Positions 58,465-64,000 of a stretch of DNA of 64,000 nucleotides are shown piece by piece. The number at the start of each line of letters is the position of its first letter. The first letter of the stretch is position 1. The DNA comes from Dictyostelium discoideum (lineage: Eukaryota). The position numbers and the translations under genes are program-made. The stretch spans positions 5,792,001 through 5,856,000 of the forward strand of contig CM000151.3 in the NCBI GenBank assembly GCA_000004695.1. Direction: 5' to 3'. The notes under the pieces were generated by a model, which searched no databases, was not told the DNA's origin, and saw only the letters and a list, made by a program, of their open reading frames with translations.

Positions 58465-58695
58465 GGGGGGGAGTTAATAATAATTACCTTCATTAATATT
58501 TGGTACCCAACAAATATGGTTTACTCTATCTTTGTGACCTGGTAATGTTGCTAAAACTTTTGATTGAATTGGATCGAATAATGCAATGAAATTTTGTGCA
58601 CCATATGCTGCAAGTTTATTTTGACCCCATACTAAACAATCACCTAAACAATTACATCCAACACTTATAAAATCAACGTCAGATGAAACATTCAT
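55867..58695 (-). CDS. elp2: Elongator complex subunit 2 (ELP2) WD40-repeat protein; exons 58695..58488 and 58364..55867
   Basis: The N-terminus GAQNFIALFDPIQSKVLATLPGHKDRVNHICWVP resembles ELP2 (…[25 protein letters not shown]). The body is multi-WD40 (…SADNTVKLWRR…, …SQDFKIRLWKI…, …DKTAIVWRPD…, …VRIWNVS…, …DKLVKVWNL…, …VRIFNIKFD at the end). Intron is GTAATT (58487 down)…AG (58366/5), 123 nt, phase 1. Confidence 0.75.
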
Positions 58696-58778
58696 TTTTA
58701 TCTAATTTTAATTGAAAAAAAAAAATAAAAAAAATAAAAATAAGAAAATAAAAAAATAATCCAATTTTCGTTTTTTTG

Positions 58779-58818
<40 letters not shown>

Positions 58819-59553
58819 ATAAAAATAAAAAAAAATAAAAATAAAAATAAAAATTAAAAAAAAACAATTAATTAATTTTTTATTAATTTTACAAGAAAGG
58901 AAAGATTCAATAATTGATCATCAAACCATTAATTCAAATTTTATAAATTTAATATATTTTTTTTTTTTTTTTTTTTGGATAAATTTTTGGGATTGAAAGA
59001 AAACTTGTATTTTTTTAAACCAATAATATTTTTTTTTCATCTCAGAGATAAATAAAACAAGAATTAATTTTATTATTTATTATTATTCATTATTATTTAA
59101 TTTTTTTTTTTTTTTTATTTTTTTTTTTTATAAATCTTTGGGGTGGAAGAAAATATTTTTTTCAAAAAAATTAAAAAAATTGTGATTTTCTATAAAAAAA
59201 ATTAATATAAAAAAACAATTGTTTTTTTATATTAAAGGATGACACTATAAATGTTGCATTTTTTATTTTTAGATATTTTTTTTATTATTTGCATTTACCT
59301 CAAAAAACATTCCTCTTTTAAAATAATAAAATAATAATAAACAAAATTGTAAAATTAACCAATTATATTATTATGAAAACTTATCTTTGCCGATTTATTT
59401 TTTTTTTTTTTTTTTTAATGTTTAAAATTTGTAGTTTGGGAAATGGCAAATCTACAAAAAAAATATGTAAAAATGAAAATGGAAAAAAAAGGTTGAAAAA
59501 ATCCTTAAAATAAAATATTTAATATACTGAAAAATTTGATTGGTTTATTTATC

Positions 59554-59596
<43 letters not shown>

Positions 59597-59634
59597 CTAT
59601 CTTGACACTAATATATATCAAAGAAGGTATTTAT

Positions 59635-60370
59635 CTATATTGGTTTAATTAAGCAACTAAAAATAAAAGGAGTATAAAATATAAAATGTAAATTAGTTTT
59701 TGTTATATATGGGGTTGTTTTTGTGTTAAAAAAAAAAAAAAAAAATATTTACCCAATTAATCCTTGACCACTCCATTTACGAGGAATTAATGAAGTTGAA
59801 ATAATTGAAGTACCTCTTGATAATTTTATTTGGATTGCTTTGTTTTCACTATTACGTACTATGGTAGCAATTGATTGAAGATGGTTTGAATTTAAATTAT
59901 CACCAACTTGTCTCTCTTCAAAAAATGGGCCAACTGTACCGAATTGGAAAATTAAATCACCCTTTTTCAAATTTGCTTTATCAGATGGTGATCCTTCTGA
60001 AACTAAATCAATATATACAAATGGAATACCAACTTTTTCAACTTCAACTTCAATTGGTTTTGGTTTTGTTTCTGTTTCCACTGTTAATGGTTTATCAATT
60101 TTCATTTCATCCTCATTATTATTATTATTATTATTACTTGTTGATGTTGTATTATTTATTGAAAAAGTTGAAGAAGATTGATTTTTATTTGTTGGTGATT
60201 TATGTAACTTTTCTAAATGAAATTCAATATCTTTCATTACTTGTTTATAATCATTTTGGATATGTGCAATTCTACTTCTTGCTTTTTTAACTTCAATAAT
60301 TAATTCTAAATGTGGAGACTAAAAAAATAAAAATAAATAAAGTAATAAATAAAGTAATTAATTAATTAAT

Positions 60371-60416
<46 letters not shown>

Positions 60417-60583
60417 TTGATTATAATTATTATAAATATTATTATAATAAATTTATTTAATCATCATAATTATTATAATTAATTTTAATTCCAAAAATAA
60501 ATATCAAAAAACGGATTTAGATATTTGGATATAGTTTAGTTCAAAAACTATTGATTGAAAATCATTCACCCACAAAACTTCAG

Positions 60584-60621
<38 letters not shown>

Positions 60622-61013
60622 TTTGAGAAAAAAAAAAAAAAATCTAATAAAAAAGAGAAAACTGATTTGAATTTGATGTAAATAATAATCAATCTTTTTT
60701 TTTTTTTTTTTTCCTCTTCTTTAATATATTTAAAACGTACAAAATATATTATGTTGTTTTTAATTGTGAATTGAAAACATAAAAAAAAATTTAATTAAAA
60801 AATTTTACTTACAGGATAACCTTCAGAATCAGTGAATGATCCTTTTAATCCAAAAGTTTTACCATCGCCACTCTTTAGGAAGTTCATTAAAGACTCAAGC
60901 TCCTTTTCGAGATCACCTCTTGTAACCATAAGAGTTTTAATTATAGATGCTTCATCTTCAATGACTGTTATAGAATGATCACTATTATTATTTTTATTAT
61001 TTATGTCTGTCAT
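59635..61013 (-). CDS. psmD9: 26S proteasome non-ATPase regulatory subunit 9 (PSMD9/Nas2/p27) assembly chaperone with C-terminal PDZ; exons 61013..60813, 60318..59753, 59656..59635
   Basis: Exon 1 is [46 protein letters not shown]…FTDSEGYP (human: …LVDCEGYP), ending at a GTAAGT donor. Exon 2 is [26 protein letters not shown]…, then the PDZ region [33 protein letters not shown]…[17 protein letters not shown] donor leads to the micro-exon (G)CLIKPI-stop, matching the human C-terminus WAGKGLLGCNIIPLQR. Intron 1 is 494 nt, which is long for this genome; intron 2 is 96 nt. Phases match. Confidence 0.65.
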
Positions 61014-61586
61014 TTTTTTTTTTTTTTTTTTTTTTTGATTGAAAAATGATTTTTTTTTTATTTTTTTAATTTTATTAAATTTTGTTCTCCCAATCATCGA
61101 AAATTTTAAAAAAAAAGTTTTTTTTTTTTTTTTTTTAGAACCCTTTTTGATTTCATTTAGATATGAAAAATGTGAAAATATTAAAAGAAAAAAAAAAAAA
61201 TTAAAATTTAAAATAAAATAAAATGAAAATAGTTGAACACGTGACACAAAATCTTTTGAAAATAGATTTCAATAATTGTGATTTATTTGTGATTTATAAA
61301 ATTTGTTATTTAATAAATTTATTTTTATTTTTTTTAAAAAAAAAAAATTTTGTTTCTTTTTTTTTCCCCAATCAATTCCAATCACAAACTAACAGATAGT
61401 ATATCTCTCTTTTAATCATTTAAATCTGTGTTCGTTGGAAAAAAAAGGTTGATATTTATTTTTTATTACAATTATTGATTTCGCAAAAGTTTTTTCTATT
61501 TTTTTTTTTTTTTTTTTATTTTTATTATTTTTTATTCACTTTTTTTTATTATCATTATTTTTATTATTGGCTTCTTCTTTCTATTT

Positions 61587-61632
<46 letters not shown>

Positions 61633-62198
61633 AACAAAAAGACTAACAATATCAAAAGACATCAAGAACCCACACAATCACACACCTTCAATTAATTAAA
61701 TTTTAAAAATAACAAAAAAAATTATAAAAAAAAAAAACCCCAATATAATTCCAACACACACACAATTGTCACACCATATTATATATCTAAAACCTATTTT
61801 TAATTAACCTCAAACCAATTTACTATAATTTTTTTTAAATTATTATTTTTTTTATTTTTTTATTTTGTTCTGGTGTTAATTATAGATTGTTTAAAGTTTT
61901 CTGCATATAAAGGCCAGTTGTTATTGTTAGTATATTTTTTTTTTTTTTTTTTATTTTATTTTTTTTTTTTTTTTTTTTTATTCCTTTTTTTTATTCCTAT
62001 TTTTTTATTTTTTTTTTATTTTATTTTATCTTCCTCCTTCACCAAATAACTAATCTAAATTTTTTTAATATATATATATATAAATATATATATTATTTAA
62101 TTAATTACCTGTAAATATAGTTTTTATAAAAATAATTTTCAACCGAATCAAAAAGAAATAAAAAAAAAACAAAAAATAATAATAATATAAATAAAAAT

Positions 62199-63022
62199 AT
62201 GTCCAATCCAAATTTAATATTGATTGATGATGACAAAGATTCAATTGAGGGATCATTAAAGGTCCCAAAATTAAATCTCAAAGCTTTAAATACAACATCT
62301 CCAAATAGAGGTAAAAATGTTCCATTAATAAAAACCAATGGAAATGTTTACCTATTGGAATCAACATTAATAAATAGTAAAAAAAGGGAATCACCAAAAG
62401 ATACAACCAATCCTGATTTAAAATCTTTTAAAAAATTTAGAGATAATAATCCTGTAAGTTATTATTATTATTATTATAATAGTTATTATTTTTAAAATAT
62501 TTATTACTTTATTTAAATTTTATTACTAATAATATATTTATTTCCATTTTTTTTTTTTTTTTTTTTTTTTTTATTCTTTTTTTTTTTATTCTAATTCTTT
62601 TTATTTTATTTTTTTAAAAACAGGAGGCTTTAAATACACCAACAACACCTGATGTCACATATAAAATGAATATGCTTTTACAAGCAAGCAGTTCACCATC
62701 GAGCTCCCCAAGTAACAGTCCTGGAAGAAACGTTGAATCAAAATCAAATTTAAATAATCTTTTACTTAACAATGATTCTGATAAAAATGATGAATCATTT
62801 GATTTGCCAAATAACTTTGTAACAAAGTTTAATTCAATTTCATCCTCACCATCCCCACCACTTCAACAAAATAATAACTGTAATAATAATAATAGTAGTA
62901 ATAATAATAATATTAATAATAATGTTAATAATAATAATAACAACAATAATAATAACAATAATATTAATAATAATGTTAATAATAATAATAATAATAATAA
63001 TAACAATAACAATAACAACAAC

Positions 63023-63056
<34 letters not shown>

Positions 63057-63058
63057 TA

Positions 63059-63090
<32 letters not shown>

Positions 63091-63145
63091 TAACAACAAT
63101 AACAACAATAATAGTAATAATATTAATATTAATAATAATAATCAC

Positions 63146-63182
<37 letters not shown>

Positions 63183-63297
63183 GTAGTAATAATAATAATA
63201 ACAATAATAGTAATGGTATTAATATTAATAATAACAACAATAATAATGGAAATAATAATTATAATGCTATCGGTAACAATAACAACATTCAACCACC

Positions 63298-63331
<34 letters not shown>

Positions 63332-64000
63332 ATTCAACAACAAATTCAACAACAACAACAACCAATAATGGTGAATGAACAAAAATGGACTGAATTACTT
63401 GAAGAATTCAGTACAATGAAACAAGAAAAAAATCAAATGGAAAGAGAGTATAAAAATCAAATTGATCAATTAAAGCAACAATTAAAACAACAACAACAGC
63501 AACAACAACAACAACCACCTCCATCAGCCAAGAGACCAATGTCAAGTAGAGGCATTTCATCAATTGGTATTAATGATCCAATTATAATACAAGATTATTT
63601 AATAAATGAGGTTAAAGTATTAAAATCAAAATTACAAGATAGCCAAAATCAAGTTCAAGATACAAATGCTGCAATCAAAAGTGTTTCATCCAAATTGGAT
63701 GAACTAAAATCAAATTTATTAGATTATAAACTACAAACTGATAGTCATTTTAATTCAATTGAAGAAAGATTACATAATTATGCATTGAAATTTGGAGAGA
63801 TTGATAAATTTATGTATCCACATTACTATTATCCAAATACTCCTAAAACTCCTGTATCACCTCATATGAATAATGGTGGTCAGTTAACCCCAAAAGATCC
63901 AAATTCACCCTTATATTACAATGATCCAAGAGTTCAATTATTATCAAATAAACAGTCTCAAAATTCCAATAATACAACTCCAATAATAACTGGTAACGGA
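62199..64000 (+). CDS. Q/N-rich coiled-coil protein, 3'-partial (runs off window end); exons 62199..62453 and 62624..>64000
   Basis: Exon 1 is MSNPNLILIDDDKDSIEGSLKVPKLNLKALNTTSPNRGKNVPLIK…RDNNP, ending at GTAAGT (62454). An AG at 62622/3 starts a frame-2 ORF that is open to the window end. It runs EALNTPTTPDVTYKMNMLLQASSSPSSSP…, then (N)~150 and (Q)n, then the coiled-coil MVNEQKWTELLEEFSTMKQEKNQMEREYKNQIDQLKQQLK…VKVLKSKLQDSQNQVQDTNAAIKSVSSKLDELKSNLLDYKLQ… The ORF track omits it because no stop falls inside the window. Confidence 0.5.

Overview
This window is AT-rich (roughly 75-80% A+T) eukaryotic nuclear DNA. It has long (AAT)n/(CAA)n tracts, poly-N/poly-Q coding runs, and short AT-rich introns bounded by GTAAGT/GTATGT...AG. 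These features indicate a dictyostelid amoeba, most likely Dictyostelium discoideum; that identification is inferred from composition and gene content, not from a database hit.

The supplied ORF track treats TTG/GTG as start codons and knows nothing about introns. I therefore rebuilt several multi-exon gene models by hand, matching splice-site phase across each junction.

Recognisable genes, in window order:
- a SIR2_2 (FAM118/ThsA-type) domain protein whose second exon encodes an AMPK-beta/CBM48-like glycogen-binding domain (2199..4113, +)
- a P4-type phospholipid flippase ATPase with three exons (4327..7964, -)
- a large His/Gln/Asn-rich low-complexity protein (8903..12775, -)
- the RNA polymerase I largest subunit, three exons (16489..21651, +)
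- a Bax-inhibitor-1/TMBIM-family membrane protein (22130..22840, +)
- a type-I membrane protein with FG-GAP repeats and about 10 tandem tenascin-type EGF repeats, four exons (23544..26897, +)
- an AIG1/GIMAP-type GTPase (30886..31974, -)
- a roughly 1950-aa low-complexity protein with an apparent homopolymer frameshift (36810..43178, +)
- mitochondrial alanyl-tRNA synthetase (43586..46483, +)
- one long FNIP-repeat gene carrying a degenerate pseudokinase module followed by an intact kinase module (46829..51021, +)
- an XRCC1 homolog with three exons, the BRCT2 exon missing from the ORF track (51218..54253, -)
- a PrxQ/BCP peroxiredoxin with an N-terminal membrane anchor (54612..55506, -)
- Elongator subunit ELP2 (55867..58695, -)
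- proteasome assembly chaperone PSMD9/Nas2, including a 22-nt terminal micro-exon (59635..61013, -)
- a 5'-partial Q/N-rich coiled-coil gene running off the window end (62199..64000, +)

Non-genic features: a roughly 2.4-kb ORF-free cluster of degenerate repeats that looks like a mobile element (27990..30340), and a 4.6-kb gene desert containing CA/TG-rich islands (32222..36809).

The most unusual item is the SIR2_2 plus CBM48 fusion. SIR2_2 is the NAD-consuming domain of prokaryotic anti-phage systems, and here it sits in a phagotrophic amoeba. No prokaryotic-style operon or CRISPR array is present.
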